DNA from: an uncultured virus (IMG/VR IMGVR_UViG_3300034061_003767)
Taxonomy: Duplodnaviria > Heunggongvirae > Uroviricota > Caudoviricetes
IMG/VR virus record: IMGVR_UViG_3300034061_003767
Reading direction: 5' to 3' (one strand)
Length of the DNA stretch: 64,000 bases
In this document: positions 18,687 through 29,542 of the stretch, piece by piece
Position numbering within the stretch: position 1 is the first letter of the stretch
Layout of the letters: each line of letters opens with the position of its first letter
The notes under the pieces: generated by a model
Told to the model about the DNA's origin: nothing
What the model saw: only the letters and a program-made list of their open reading frames with translations
Database searches by the model: none
Program-made: the position numbers and the translations under genes

Positions 18687-20304
18687 TAAAATAAGTCTAG
18701 TAACAGGTATCTGGGATCTAAATCGCGATCAATCAAAGCCAGGATGGCAAAGAAGTTTTGATCACTATAAAAACCACTTTATACAACTACTAAAAGATTT
18801 ACACTCTTACAATTTGATTGTCTTTATAGATCCTAGTCTTGAGGATATGATATGGGAATATAGAGATCGTAAAAATACAAAAGTATACCATCATACCAAA
18901 AATGACTTCTCGGGAAGTTTTTTTCCATTTTTTGACCAAGTTCAAAATATAAGAAAAGATCCTAAATGGTATAATCAAGCTGGATGGTTAAAAGATAGTA
19001 CTCAAGGATCATTAGAGTATTATAATCCAATGGTGATGAGCAAAATGTTTTTGCTACACAACGCTAAATGCTATGACCCATTTAATAGCGAATATTTTTA
19101 TTGGATAGATGGCGGGTTAACCAACACTATGAGTTTGGGTTATTTTAACAATCCAACCGTGATTGATAATCTAATTAAATTAAGTGATAACTTTTTATTC
19201 ATTGCTTTTCCATACGAAACATCTAGTGAAATTCATGGATTTTGTATAGAAGGTATGAAAAAATATGCTAAAAATAATGTTGTAAATAGAGTTGCCCGTG
19301 GAGGGTTTTTTGGGGGACACAAAGATAGTATATCAAATGCTAATCAGCTATACTACTCGTTATTACAGGATACGTTAAGTGATGGATATATGGGTACAGA
19401 AGAGAGTATATTTACACTAATGACGTATCTTGATCCGTCTACATATCATCATGAAATGATAGAAGATAATGGTTTAATTTATTATTTTTTTGAACAACTA
19501 CAAAAATCCAATCATAAATTTAGTAAAAAAAACTCTACTAGTTTGTATTTAGTAACATTCAATAGTCCAGAACAAGTAGAGATGGTACTATCTTCATTTA
19601 AAAAATATGATAAAAATTTTATAGATAAAACAGATAAGATCCTAATCAATAACTCTACAGATTCCTCCACTTTTGAGGCTTATGAAAAAATTGTAAAAGA
19701 TTACGGCTTTACAGAAGTTAGGCGTGGCAATCTAGGCATTTGCGGCGGTAGGCAATTAGCAGCAGAACACTTTAAAGATTCTGATTCTGATTTTATGTTT
19801 TTCTTTGAAGATGATATGTTGTTAGATTATGATGGATTGTGTAGTTTTGGTTTTGCTAAATATGTAAAAAACCTTTATGGTACACTATTAAAGATAATGA
19901 CCAAGGAGAATTACGATTTTTTAAAGTTTAGTTTCAGCGAATTTTATGGAAACAATGGGGACCAGTGGAGTTGGCACAATGTGCCTTCTGCTCAAAAACT
20001 AGAATATTTTGGAGACATATCCCATAAACCATTAACCAAATTTAATTATATAAAAAATTTAGACGGTATTCCATATGCCGAGGGTGAGATTTACTATTCT
20101 AATTGGCCTCATATTATAAGTAAAATTGGTAATCAAAAATGTTTTATAGACACTAAATGGAACCACCCGTTTGAACAAACCTGGATGAGCCATATTTACA
20201 CATTAACTAAACAACAAATAGTAAAACCCGCCATTCTTTTAGCTAGTCCCATAACACACAACAGAGTACATCACTATCATGCAACAGACAGAAGAGAAAA
20301 TTGA
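18658..20304 (+). CDS. HtrL/YibB-family glycosyltransferase fused to a GT-A (GT2-like) domain
   Basis: LVTGIWDL.R, SKMFLL, DPFNSEYFYWIDGG, GGFFGG, GTEE; second domain NLGICGGR...FFEDDM. Confidence 0.75.
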   Translation: MIYMAISHANKISLVTGIWDLNRDQSKPGWQRSFDHYKNHFIQLLKDLHSYNLIVFIDPSLEDMIWEYRDRKNTKVYHHTKNDFSGSFFPFFDQVQNIRKDPKWYNQAGWLKDSTQGSLEYYNPMVMSKMFLLHNAKCYDPFNSEYFYWIDGGLTNTMSLGYFNNPTVIDNLIKLSDNFLFIAFPYETSSEIHGFCIEGMKKYAKNNVVNRVARGGFFGGHKDSISNANQLYYSLLQDTLSDGYMGTEESIFTLMTYLDPSTYHHEMIEDNGLIYYFFEQLQKSNHKFSKKNSTSLYLVTFNSPEQVEMVLSSFKKYDKNFIDKTDKILINNSTDSSTFEAYEKIVKDYGFTEVRRGNLGICGGRQLAAEHFKDSDSDFMFFFEDDMLLDYDGLCSFGFAKYVKNLYGTLLKIMTKENYDFLKFSFSEFYGNNGDQWSWHNVPSAQKLEYFGDISHKPLTKFNYIKNLDGIPYAEGEIYYSNWPHIISKIGNQKCFIDTKWNHPFEQTWMSHIYTLTKQQIVKPAILLASPITHNRVHHYHATDRREN

Positions 20305-21559
20305 TACTATTTTTATTCAAATTGCTTCCTATAGAGACCCTCAGTTATTACCCACGCTAGCAGATTGTATAAATAAAGCTAAATATCCATCAAATTTAAG
20401 ATTCTCTATAGCTTGGCAGCACTGTGATAATGATATTTGGGATAATTTAGACCCATATATTAATGATAGTAGATTTAAAATTCTAGATATAGACTACAGA
20501 GATAGCAAGGGTGTGTGTTGGGCAAGAAATCTTGTTCAGTCCTTGTACGCTAATGAAGAATATACTCTTCAACTAGATAGTCATCATAGATTTGTGCAAG
20601 ATTGGGACGCTATACTTATAAATATGATAAAAGATTTGCAGTCTAAAGACTTTAAAAAACCGTTAATTACTGGATACATACCCAGTTTTGATCCAGATAA
20701 TGATCCCGAGGCCAGGATTCAAGAACCTTGGAAAATGACTTTTGATAGATATATACCAGAGGGGGCGGTCTTTTTTTTACCAGCTTCATTTAATATGGAT
20801 ATAGATAATATTAATGAGCCTTTAATGGGGCGATTTTATAGTGCCCATTTTGCATTTAGTCTAGGAGTATTTGCCAAAGAAGTACAACATGATCCCAATT
20901 ATTATTTTCATGGTGAAGAAATTAATGTTGCTGTACGAGCTTTTACTCATGGATATGATATATTTTATCCTAATAAAGTCATATGTTGGCATGAATATAC
21001 TCGTAAAGGACGAAGTAAACAATGGGACGATGATAAAAAATGGTCAGATAGAAATTCTGTTTGCCATTCTAGAAATAGAAAACTATTTAATATGGATGGA
21101 GAAATAAACGATATTGATTTTGGTAAATATGGATTTGGCAATGTAAGGAGTTTAAGAGATTATGAGAAGTATGCTGGTATGAGATTTAGTACAAGATCAA
21201 TCACACAAGATGTACTAGATCATAAACCACCAAAATTGGACAATATAAATATATCTGATGATGATTTTGAAAAGAGTTTATTGCATATATTTAAACATTG
21301 TATAGATATAGGCTATGATCAAGTTCCAGAAAATGACTATGATTTTTGGGCAGTTGCATTTAAAGATGATCACGGAAATGATATGTTTAGACAAGACGCT
21401 GATGTTGAAGAAATATGTCGTATGAAAAAAGATCCTGATGGATATTGTAAAGTTTGGCGATCTTTTGAAACTTTAAAAATCCCATCTAGCTGGATAGTAT
21501 GGCCCCATAGTGAAAGTAAGGGTTGGCAAGATGCTATTACGGGAAATATATGCAAATAA
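20279..21559 (+). CDS. GT60/Gnt1-like protein O-GlcNAc transferase
   Basis: IFIQIASYRDP, SKGVCWAR, EEYTLQLDSHHRFVQDWD, FHGEE..AVRAFTHGYDIF. Confidence 0.82.
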   Translation: MQQTEEKIDTIFIQIASYRDPQLLPTLADCINKAKYPSNLRFSIAWQHCDNDIWDNLDPYINDSRFKILDIDYRDSKGVCWARNLVQSLYANEEYTLQLDSHHRFVQDWDAILINMIKDLQSKDFKKPLITGYIPSFDPDNDPEARIQEPWKMTFDRYIPEGAVFFLPASFNMDIDNINEPLMGRFYSAHFAFSLGVFAKEVQHDPNYYFHGEEINVAVRAFTHGYDIFYPNKVICWHEYTRKGRSKQWDDDKKWSDRNSVCHSRNRKLFNMDGEINDIDFGKYGFGNVRSLRDYEKYAGMRFSTRSITQDVLDHKPPKLDNINISDDDFEKSLLHIFKHCIDIGYDQVPENDYDFWAVAFKDDHGNDMFRQDADVEEICRMKKDPDGYCKVWRSFETLKIPSSWIVWPHSESKGWQDAITGNICK

Positions 21560-22536
21560 TTATTAGACATTTATTTAGAGACTTAAGAAATTATTATGTC
21601 ACTAGTTTTTTTGATCTGTTTTTTCAAAAACTTGTAGAAAAATTTCCTGATCACCATTTTGATGTATCTAATGATGCATCTTATGAACACAATGGATATG
21701 GCAGTATATATAGCTGCATGAATTTTTCTATCATAAATCCAAGCAATAAAAAGTATATTCTTATATCGTTTTTTGATAATTGGAAATATCATTTTATGAA
21801 GCATCTTGGTTGGAATCCATCAAATATGGTACAATTTTTTTATCCTGGTGGTTTTAATTATTTAGATTATTTTAATTTTAGAAATTACGAAAAAGATAAC
21901 AAAGATATTGATTGTCCTATAAATATTAATGAAATTTATCGTAGTTTTTTTTATGGCCCATATGAAAAAAATAATCTACAACACATAAAAAATATCTATA
22001 ATAATTATCAGATTCTAAAAACACAACCATCTTTATATTTTAGAGGCTATATGTGGGATTTTAGAAAAAACATGGTTAAACACATAAAAGACCAATCTAT
22101 ACTAGTAATTGATAAAAATAGAGAAAATAATAATTTATCTTATGATAACTATCTAGTAGATTTGTGTTTATATAGATGTGCGTTAAGTCTGCCGGGAGGC
22201 ACAGAAGTTTGTAACAGGGATATAGAGTGTTTTAGCGTTGGAGTTCCTGTTATACGTCCGTATCTTAATATAGAGTATCCTGACCCATTAATAGCTAATT
22301 ATCATTATATAAGCTGCTATAATGATTGTAAGTATTGGGATGGCAATCCTAGCTACTTATCTTATAAAGATTTTGCATATAATTTGGAGGATTGTTGGAG
22401 TCGTGTAAAAAATAATTATGATTATTTGCAATTTATAAGTAAAAATGCTAGAAATTGGTTTCTTAAAAATTGTACTCTAGAAAATAATGTACAATATTTA
22501 TTGTCTCAAATTAATATGGAGAAGTTATATGGTTGA
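21550..22536 (+). CDS. glycosyltransferase (exostosin/GT90-like GT-B)
   Basis: LYFRG...Y..DL..YRCALSLPG...CNRDIECFSVGVPVI...ISKNARNWF. Confidence 0.65.
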   Translation: MQIIIRHLFRDLRNYYVTSFFDLFFQKLVEKFPDHHFDVSNDASYEHNGYGSIYSCMNFSIINPSNKKYILISFFDNWKYHFMKHLGWNPSNMVQFFYPGGFNYLDYFNFRNYEKDNKDIDCPININEIYRSFFYGPYEKNNLQHIKNIYNNYQILKTQPSLYFRGYMWDFRKNMVKHIKDQSILVIDKNRENNNLSYDNYLVDLCLYRCALSLPGGTEVCNRDIECFSVGVPVIRPYLNIEYPDPLIANYHYISCYNDCKYWDGNPSYLSYKDFAYNLEDCWSRVKNNYDYLQFISKNARNWFLKNCTLENNVQYLLSQINMEKLYG

Positions 22537-23143
22537 TGGAGGATATGCTTATGGCTATTTGTTTATGTCACAAAACAAAGAAGCAGAATACGTGTTTAAA
22601 GAATTACTTAATGAAATTAGACCATCTCGCATTCTAGAAATTGGCACATTTCACGGAGGTCTAACTCTAATGCTAAGAGATATTTTAGATTCATACAATC
22701 TACATAATAGCACTATTAAAACCTATGATATTAATAATCAAGAGTTTTTAAGACCTCTAGTAACAAATAGGAAAGTAGAAGTTATTACAGATAATTTATT
22801 TAATGGCGACTACAGCGATTTCAAGAACGAATCTAAAAAAAATGAAATATTAAACTTTATTCAACAAGAAGGTTGTTCGCTAGTGCTGTGTGATGGTGGG
22901 TGTAAAAGGTGTGAATTTAATTTGATAGCTCCATTATTAAAAAGTAATGATATCATTATGGCCCATGACTATGCTCCAAATAACGATTACTTTCAACACC
23001 ATATAAGGGGTAAAATTTGGGATTGGATGGAGATACAAGATAGCGATATTTATCAAGCTATTGTAGACAACAATTTCAAATCATTTAAAGAAACGTTAAC
23101 TCAACAAGCCGCATGGTGCTGTAAAATTAAGTCTAGCAGTTAG
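22529..23143 (+). CDS. class I SAM-dependent methyltransferase (CmcI/Methyltransf_24-like)
   Basis: ILEIGTFHGG, TYDI, LCDGG, IMAHDY; GGAG RBS before ATG 22529. Confidence 0.75.
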   Translation: MVDGGYAYGYLFMSQNKEAEYVFKELLNEIRPSRILEIGTFHGGLTLMLRDILDSYNLHNSTIKTYDINNQEFLRPLVTNRKVEVITDNLFNGDYSDFKNESKKNEILNFIQQEGCSLVLCDGGCKRCEFNLIAPLLKSNDIIMAHDYAPNNDYFQHHIRGKIWDWMEIQDSDIYQAIVDNNFKSFKETLTQQAAWCCKIKSSS

Positions 23144-24806
23144 GTGAATAACAGTATGTTGTACCAGTAACTAAACCGGTATTGCTACTATTGTCATTAA
23201 ATGTTGCATCTCCATTTACTTCTTCACTATTATATGAGATATCATAAAAGAATGCATTTCCATAAATAGATCCAGCATTACCAGAAGTATTGTAAAAAGA
23301 TACATTTCCGGTAATAGATCCAAAATTATTATAGGCTCCGCTTTTAAATATAGCATTACCAGTTATTGAACCATAACTCAAAACAGAGTTTGCATCAAAA
23401 ACAGCTGTTCCACTAATATTTATAGTGATACCAACATTAATAAATGGGCTAACATACATATTACCTACTGTTGGAGTACTACCAGAATTATAAAAAATAT
23501 TACTATTTAAAGTAACATTATTAGAGCTGGTTGGTAGTGCTACAGCTTGAGTTGTAGAAGAACTATCTTGCCACCAATTATTAATATTGTTCCAATCTTG
23601 ATCGTAAGATGGGCTTGGTCCAGTATTGTCATTGAAGTATAGCATCGTTAAGGTAGAAGACGATGATGGAGTAACGCTAATGGTCGGAGTTAGTGTTGGA
23701 GTAACGCTAATGGTCGGAGTTAGTGTTGGGGTTTCGCTAATTGTGGGCGTTAAAGTACTGGTTGGTGTTGGAGTAGGTGTTTCGCTAATACTAGGAGTTA
23801 AACTAATAGTAGATGTTCTGGTTGGTGTTCTAGTTTGTGTGGAGGTTCTGGTTGGTGTTCTAGTTTGAGTAGGAGTAGCAGAAGGTGTTCTGGTGGGGGT
23901 ATTGGTCTGAGTAGGAGTATTTGATATTGTTGAGGTTACTGTTAATGATGGAGTTACTGATATTGTGGAGGTTCTGGTTGGTGTAGAGGTTACGGTTGAC
24001 GAAGGTGTATTGCTAATAGTTGTGGTGGATGTTCTGGTTGGAGTAGGCGTTGCTGTTAATGTTCTGGTGGGAGTTGGCGATTCTACCGGAGTTAATGAAG
24101 GAGTTCTACTAACACTTATTGTTGGGGTAATGGTTAGAGTGTTTGTGGGGGTTTTAGAAGGAGTTCTGGTATTAGTAGATGTAAAAGACGGAGTATTAGT
24201 AACTGTAGAAGATGGGGTAGAAGTTTGCTCAGGAGTAACTGATCTTGTTAATGATGCTGAATTAGTGGGTGTTTTTGATGGTGTTTTAGTAGGAGTTAAT
24301 GATGGAGTAGCGCTAATAGTCGGAGTGGGTGTAGGCGTAGAGCTTCTGGTTCGAGTAGGGGTTCTGGTGTGAGTTGCGCTATTAGATATAGTAGGAGTAT
24401 TAGTAGGATTTGGCGTATTTGTAATAAATGTAGGAGTTAACCAAGATTCAAAATTTACAGGAGATTTAGTTAGAGTACGAGATGGACTAACTGTTGGTGT
24501 TCTAGTTAGCGTAGGAGTTCTTGTAAGAGTAGGAGTTTGAGATATACTTAATGTTGGAGATACTGTTTGACTCACAGAAACAGTAGGAGTAGTAGTTGGA
24601 GTTTGTGTAGCGCTATTGGTAACAGTTCGAGTAATAGTTGGAGTTGGGCTAGGGGTCACACTCTTAGTAATGGTCGGAGTAGGAGAACTCGTGCTTGTAC
24701 GAGTTGGTGTGTTAGTTTTAGTAGGAGTACGAGTAACAGTAATTGTTGGAGTAGAAGTTTTAGTTGGTGTTCTTGTTTGCGTACTAGTTGGCGTTGGAGT
24801 TGACAT
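23133..24806 (-). CDS. mucin-like Thr/Pro/Ser-rich protein with a C-terminal beta-helix-like domain (putative virion fibre)
   Basis: About 385 aa of TPTxTxT repeats, then DWNNINNWW and ITGNAIF/ITGNVSF/IYGNAFF/VNGDATF repeats. Confidence 0.75.
   Translation of the reverse strand: MSTPTPTSTQTRTPTKTSTPTITVTRTPTKTNTPTRTSTSSPTPTITKSVTPSPTPTITRTVTNSATQTPTTTPTVSVSQTVSPTLSISQTPTLTRTPTLTRTPTVSPSRTLTKSPVNFESWLTPTFITNTPNPTNTPTISNSATHTRTPTRTRSSTPTPTPTISATPSLTPTKTPSKTPTNSASLTRSVTPEQTSTPSSTVTNTPSFTSTNTRTPSKTPTNTLTITPTISVSRTPSLTPVESPTPTRTLTATPTPTRTSTTTISNTPSSTVTSTPTRTSTISVTPSLTVTSTISNTPTQTNTPTRTPSATPTQTRTPTRTSTQTRTPTRTSTISLTPSISETPTPTPTSTLTPTISETPTLTPTISVTPTLTPTISVTPSSSSTLTMLYFNDNTGPSPSYDQDWNNINNWWQDSSSTTQAVALPTSSNNVTLNSNIFYNSGSTPTVGNMYVSPFINVGITINISGTAVFDANSVLSYGSITGNAIFKSGAYNNFGSITGNVSFYNTSGNAGSIYGNAFFYDISYNSEEVNGDATFNDNSSNTGLVTGTTYCYSPNC
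23667..23729. repeat. perfect 30-bp tandem duplication within the mucin-like gene
   Basis: TGGAGTAACGCTAATGGTCGGAGTTAGTGT at 23667 and 23697. Confidence 0.9.
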
Positions 24807-24815
24807 ATATCAAGC

Positions 24816-25139
24816 CTATTCTTCTGTGCCGCTACAAGCAGTAAGTTCAATATTTGGACAATCATCGATTGCTTCAAAATCTTTTAATACAACAATAGAC
24901 CTTCGTTCGATTTTTAATTCTGTCTCTTCTAATCTAATGCAAGTTACGACATTCAAGCATTGATCTATAGTTGCCCACTGTAAGCCTCCGTTTGGTCTAT
25001 GAACCAATATTTGTGGAACATCATTCTGGTGTCCAGGTATTTGCTCTATTGGTTGATTAAAAAATCTATATTTTCTATTATCTTCTGGTGCGCCAAAAAT
25101 TTGCTCTACATTTGTACATTGGGAAGCTGGGTCGGCCAT
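24816..25139 (-). CDS. small tail-tip-associated hypothetical protein
   Basis: AGGAG RBS; lies after the tail-tip genes. Confidence 0.55.
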   Translation of the reverse strand: MADPASQCTNVEQIFGAPEDNRKYRFFNQPIEQIPGHQNDVPQILVHRPNGGLQWATIDQCLNVVTCIRLEETELKIERRSIVVLKDFEAIDDCPNIELTACSGTEE

Positions 25140-25156
25140 ATTTTTCTCCTATTAAA

Positions 25157-28100
25157 TTATTCTGGTGGCTTACCTGTGCCTATAACTATATATTTGTAAT
25201 TACATTTTGGATGTCCTGCTTCAATAACAGACATATCTGAGCCCACAAAAACTCTTTGTATTGTAACAAAATCTCCAATTTCTGCTCCGTGGCCCATAGG
25301 ATTAAAAACATTGCCCTGTAATATGGTACCCATTGGCTCTCTGTCTGCATCCTGACAAGATGGAAGTATATTAGCCAAAGCATTTTCAAGATTAATACCC
25401 TTAGTATCTTTTGGAGTAAATTTGCTTTTAGCTTTACATGTCATAATAACAGGAGCTTCTTGAGCATATATAATTTTATATTCACAGTTTTCAACTGCTC
25501 CATTGTCATCTTCGTATTCGTCCCACGACGCAATTATGAAAGATGTATCATATGTCATCCACTGTTGCCCATCGAGCATGGTAATAATCGGTTTTTTATC
25601 ATTGGGGATAGCATTTGGTTCAAGACCATCCCAGAAGGTGTCTGATTCGCTGCTTATCTTTCTAGCTTCTAAGTCATCAAAATCTGGACAACCAAATAAT
25701 CCAGGATTACTGACATCCAAAGTTCTCTGTGCAATATTTGCTATTTCGCTTTTAGTAACTATAGTATATATTAAATTTCCACCAACAGTAATTCCTGTTA
25801 ACTGACTCATACCTCTACAGCCAACAATAATTTCAGCAGTCTTGTGGTCGTTATCAACAACCCCGCCATTCTGTAATTGTGTTTTGTCATAATGATTTTT
25901 ACTTCTAACAGAATCCCACATAAATCCATGTAAAAATTGTCCCTCTATGTAAAGTGGATCATTAAACTCCACATCCTCACCCTTGTTTAATTTATTACCA
26001 TAGTCTTGATTTTTAATATGATAACTACAGGTTAGTGCTGAGGTTTCGCATTCAATAATGTCATATACTAGATTTGTAGTAGTTGAAAATTCATTATCTA
26101 ATGAAGCGATGAATCTACATCCATCAATATCGTTTATAACGTTACCAGCATTAGCGGGATTATCAACCTTGTCGCCGATCATAAAAGTATGTCTACCAAT
26201 AAAATCTTGTAAATTTTGTCTTATAATTACATTTAAATTATTTGGTAAATTCCCGTGACCTCTTCCAACAGGTATAACCCCTTGTCTGTGACCAGCCCTA
26301 CCTCCAAGATAATATCCATTAAAACTATTAGTAACCGTACCAACTTTACCAGTAATAATTTTAGCAAAGTGCTCTAGTGTTATAATTTCATAAATAGTGT
26401 TATTAACTTGGGCTTCTGACTGTTGGGCGTCTATCCCGGCGCTGTGTTTTAATGCATATCCAATAAAGGGTCCTATGTTTGCGTATTGATTAGAGTATCC
26501 GTCCGATAAAACTATGCCATTAATATGTTCATTTAAATTTGCCGAACCTAATGCTGGACCAAAAGCAGTCAATTCACCCGGAATACCACCACCGGCTAAA
26601 AATGGGTCTTTTACAGAAATAATATTTTGATTAAAATCATTTTGATCAATCACACGAGTTTTACTGTCTTTTCTTACTGGATGTCCATTTTCATCCACTA
26701 AGATAGCTTGTGCTTCTGAATTACTTACATTTTTATCTTGTACCAAAGCAAACTTTACAACTTCTGATACGGCATCTTTTAGTGAGTTATATATAATATA
26801 TTTTTTTCTATTTTCATCAAAAACAGCTAAAACCCTATCTCCATAATTTAGTCTAGCAAAAGGATTTCTCTCTTCGTCTGTGTCTTTGAACGGATCAAAT
26901 ACTCTAAATTCTATCTCTTGTAATCCACCATTATTATTTTTATAGAATTTTGGCTCTCTACCATTTCCTGGATCTCCATAATATTGTAATATTGTTGCCG
27001 CAGCATTGCCTTCTGGATCCATTGTTTTATATTCATCCCCAGGATAGTCTCCAACATTTGAGTAAAGTTTTTGTGTAAGTTCACACTCTACAAATCTAGA
27101 ATAATGATCTAAAAAGATTATATCATAAGATTCATACTGAGGATCTACAACAGAACATTGAACTCCTTGTTCTCCTAAGGTACAGGTGTTTTCAGCTTCT
27201 GGATCACACAATAAACCAAATCCTGTTGCTGCCTTTTGCTTCCATTCGTTGAACGCATTAGCTCCACCATTAACATCAAAAGCGGCATAAGCAGCACCAA
27301 ATTGGCCACAAGTATCAAAAAGATTAATAAAAATACTTTTGCGTTTTTCTGGATCATCATCTAATATGTCATTATGATTGATAGGCTCTCCTTTGTTATC
27401 AATCGTATCTCCTTCACAATTGATTCGTATTCCTAAAATGTGATTGTTAGGAAATTTATCTCCATATCCCGCATATTGAGTCCACATATCTCCATAATCT
27501 GGCTGTACAGGAGCACTTTCGCATAAATCAATAATTCTAAATCTTACACTTTGTTTTTGTTTTGCTTCTAATATTATATACTCACAATTAAAAGTGTCAT
27601 AATAACAATAAACTCTGGTACCCGTACTATATTTTTGTCCTAATCTATCTACTACTTTGATGATAGCTTCACTATCTTCTTTTTCTGTAGCGGTAACTTC
27701 TTCTCCGTCCTTATTAAAAATTTTGGGACCAAATTCCTTATTGTGTTCTGTATCTCTGTTTATTAGTTGTGCCTCTGCTGTTTCGTAGGGTTCTAATTTT
27801 TCTTTCAATTCTGCTACGACAACCTTATATCCTGGCGGACTAACCCATACTCCTCTTTTTCTATCGAATCTAAAGTCTATAGGAGCAACAGGCCATGTCG
27901 CTGGTTTACCCAACCAATCAGTCAAAAATTTATCTTTTAACTCTTCACTCTTAAAATCACCCTTTTTAGTATCGTCCTCAATATCTGCGTCATTTGGTAT
28001 AGGTTTGCCTTGAGTGTCATACCCCCAACTGTGCAACAGTATGGGGCCTCTCATTCCCAAAAATCTATAATCTTCCGAATATCTATTGGCATCGTCTGGT

Positions 28101-29536
28101 TTATAAAAATTTGTGATAGCTCCGTCTTCAGTAACTTCTGATCCTCTTCCCACCAGATCGATAACATGACCTCTTCCTGGTCCATCGTGATGATGTTCAT
28201 CACTACCAAAATTATTTGTTAAAGGATCTAGGTACTGTTGTGTTATTTCGAGATTGTGTTGATCAAGACCATTTTCAAAAGTACTCGCTTCACTACTGCT
28301 AGCAATTGCAAAAGGAGGTATTGGCTCTTCTGGAGAAGCTTTATGGCAACCAGCTTCAAAACTAGCATACTGTGGTAATCCACCATCCCCATCCTTAGAT
28401 ATTGGTCCAAATAATCCATCCAAACTCATGTAAGCTTTTTTATCATAGTCATAAACCATTTCTCCAACACTTTTATTTAAAGTATCAATTCCTACAATTG
28501 TTCTTTGTCCATCGTTTTGCCAATTATAAATTTCAGACGCTAATACTCTTTGTAGTGATGCTGCTCTGTTTGGTCCTTGGTTTTGCGCATCTTTTTTAGC
28601 TGGAAACTTTTGATTGAACTTTTGTATTTTTCTAGTAATATTATTTGATGATACTTGTTGATTACGTAAAAATCTTAACTGTTCGGTTCTATTTCTAGAT
28701 ATATCTTTTATTCTATCAATAAGATGTCTATTTAACCCTCCAAATTTTGGAGTATATGTTCTAAACTCGTAACTTGTGCTTATGCCGCCACTACCATAAC
28801 TAAAATTCATGCTAGATAGTGTGGCTCCACCAGCGCCTAATGCTGTTCCCAAAGAACTAAATTGAGATATTGGTAATCCCGGAATAGTAATAGCGCCAGT
28901 TTCTGCTTTAGTTAAACCAATAGATGTAGATTCTACTATAGATTGTCCAGCGTTATTCATTGATTCTATTGATCCAAAAACCCAAGGAGCTAAATCTGTA
29001 TTAACATCAACCTGAGTTCCTCCACAACTTGATCCAAAATTACTAGAAGCATATGGACCGTATGTTCTAACATTGCTTCTCATAGGAACAACGGCTGCTG
29101 ATGGTATAACAGCAGTTCCTTGAAATCCCATAGCGTTGATAGATCTTATATCTAATGCTCCTCGTCCCTGTTCTAGTTTATCTTTGTTCTCGCCTGATAC
29201 TACTCCGTCTCTAATGGTATTGGCTTTTCTATCTCTGCCGGTGTCTAATGATCCAGATTCGCTTTCGCTACCTTCGTCTTCTCCACCATCTTGACAATCT
29301 AATATTTGAGCATTTTCTACAGCTCCCAATAAATTTCTGGGAATAGGATCTTTATCCGTACACATTCGTGCTATACAAGCATCATTAAATTTAATAACAA
29401 CACAAGGTTTATCTTGATATATCCAAATTTTTTCTTCTACATCAGCCTTAACCCATACTTTATTTCCAATGGTAACGATATTATCGTACCCCATCTCAGA
29501 TATATCTAATTTTCCACAGCCAGCTAATCCTGCCAT
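25157..29536 (-). CDS. large tail-tip / central fibre protein
   Basis: 1459 aa downstream of the TMP; hub-like GAITIPG...MNFSYGSGGISTSYEF followed by a coiled coil; repeated VVAEL/VRF/VVKFAL modules. Confidence 0.6.
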   Translation of the reverse strand: MAGLAGCGKLDISEMGYDNIVTIGNKVWVKADVEEKIWIYQDKPCVVIKFNDACIARMCTDKDPIPRNLLGAVENAQILDCQDGGEDEGSESESGSLDTGRDRKANTIRDGVVSGENKDKLEQGRGALDIRSINAMGFQGTAVIPSAAVVPMRSNVRTYGPYASSNFGSSCGGTQVDVNTDLAPWVFGSIESMNNAGQSIVESTSIGLTKAETGAITIPGLPISQFSSLGTALGAGGATLSSMNFSYGSGGISTSYEFRTYTPKFGGLNRHLIDRIKDISRNRTEQLRFLRNQQVSSNNITRKIQKFNQKFPAKKDAQNQGPNRAASLQRVLASEIYNWQNDGQRTIVGIDTLNKSVGEMVYDYDKKAYMSLDGLFGPISKDGDGGLPQYASFEAGCHKASPEEPIPPFAIASSSEASTFENGLDQHNLEITQQYLDPLTNNFGSDEHHHDGPGRGHVIDLVGRGSEVTEDGAITNFYKPDDANRYSEDYRFLGMRGPILLHSWGYDTQGKPIPNDADIEDDTKKGDFKSEELKDKFLTDWLGKPATWPVAPIDFRFDRKRGVWVSPPGYKVVVAELKEKLEPYETAEAQLINRDTEHNKEFGPKIFNKDGEEVTATEKEDSEAIIKVVDRLGQKYSTGTRVYCYYDTFNCEYIILEAKQKQSVRFRIIDLCESAPVQPDYGDMWTQYAGYGDKFPNNHILGIRINCEGDTIDNKGEPINHNDILDDDPEKRKSIFINLFDTCGQFGAAYAAFDVNGGANAFNEWKQKAATGFGLLCDPEAENTCTLGEQGVQCSVVDPQYESYDIIFLDHYSRFVECELTQKLYSNVGDYPGDEYKTMDPEGNAAATILQYYGDPGNGREPKFYKNNNGGLQEIEFRVFDPFKDTDEERNPFARLNYGDRVLAVFDENRKKYIIYNSLKDAVSEVVKFALVQDKNVSNSEAQAILVDENGHPVRKDSKTRVIDQNDFNQNIISVKDPFLAGGGIPGELTAFGPALGSANLNEHINGIVLSDGYSNQYANIGPFIGYALKHSAGIDAQQSEAQVNNTIYEIITLEHFAKIITGKVGTVTNSFNGYYLGGRAGHRQGVIPVGRGHGNLPNNLNVIIRQNLQDFIGRHTFMIGDKVDNPANAGNVINDIDGCRFIASLDNEFSTTTNLVYDIIECETSALTCSYHIKNQDYGNKLNKGEDVEFNDPLYIEGQFLHGFMWDSVRSKNHYDKTQLQNGGVVDNDHKTAEIIVGCRGMSQLTGITVGGNLIYTIVTKSEIANIAQRTLDVSNPGLFGCPDFDDLEARKISSESDTFWDGLEPNAIPNDKKPIITMLDGQQWMTYDTSFIIASWDEYEDDNGAVENCEYKIIYAQEAPVIMTCKAKSKFTPKDTKGINLENALANILPSCQDADREPMGTILQGNVFNPMGHGAEIGDFVTIQRVFVGSDMSVIEAGHPKCNYKYIVIGTGKPPE

Positions 29537-29542
29537 AATATT

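Noticed and set aside
23640..24800. CRISPR-like or DGR-like repeat array
   Set aside because: Repeats are in-frame coding degeneracy with no constant repeat/unique spacer pattern; no reverse transcriptase in the window.
23626..24963. Val/Gly-rich + strand ORFs (23626, 23965, 24567, 24616; likewise 52492)
   Set aside because: Antisense shadows of Thr/Pro codon repeats, with no RBS.
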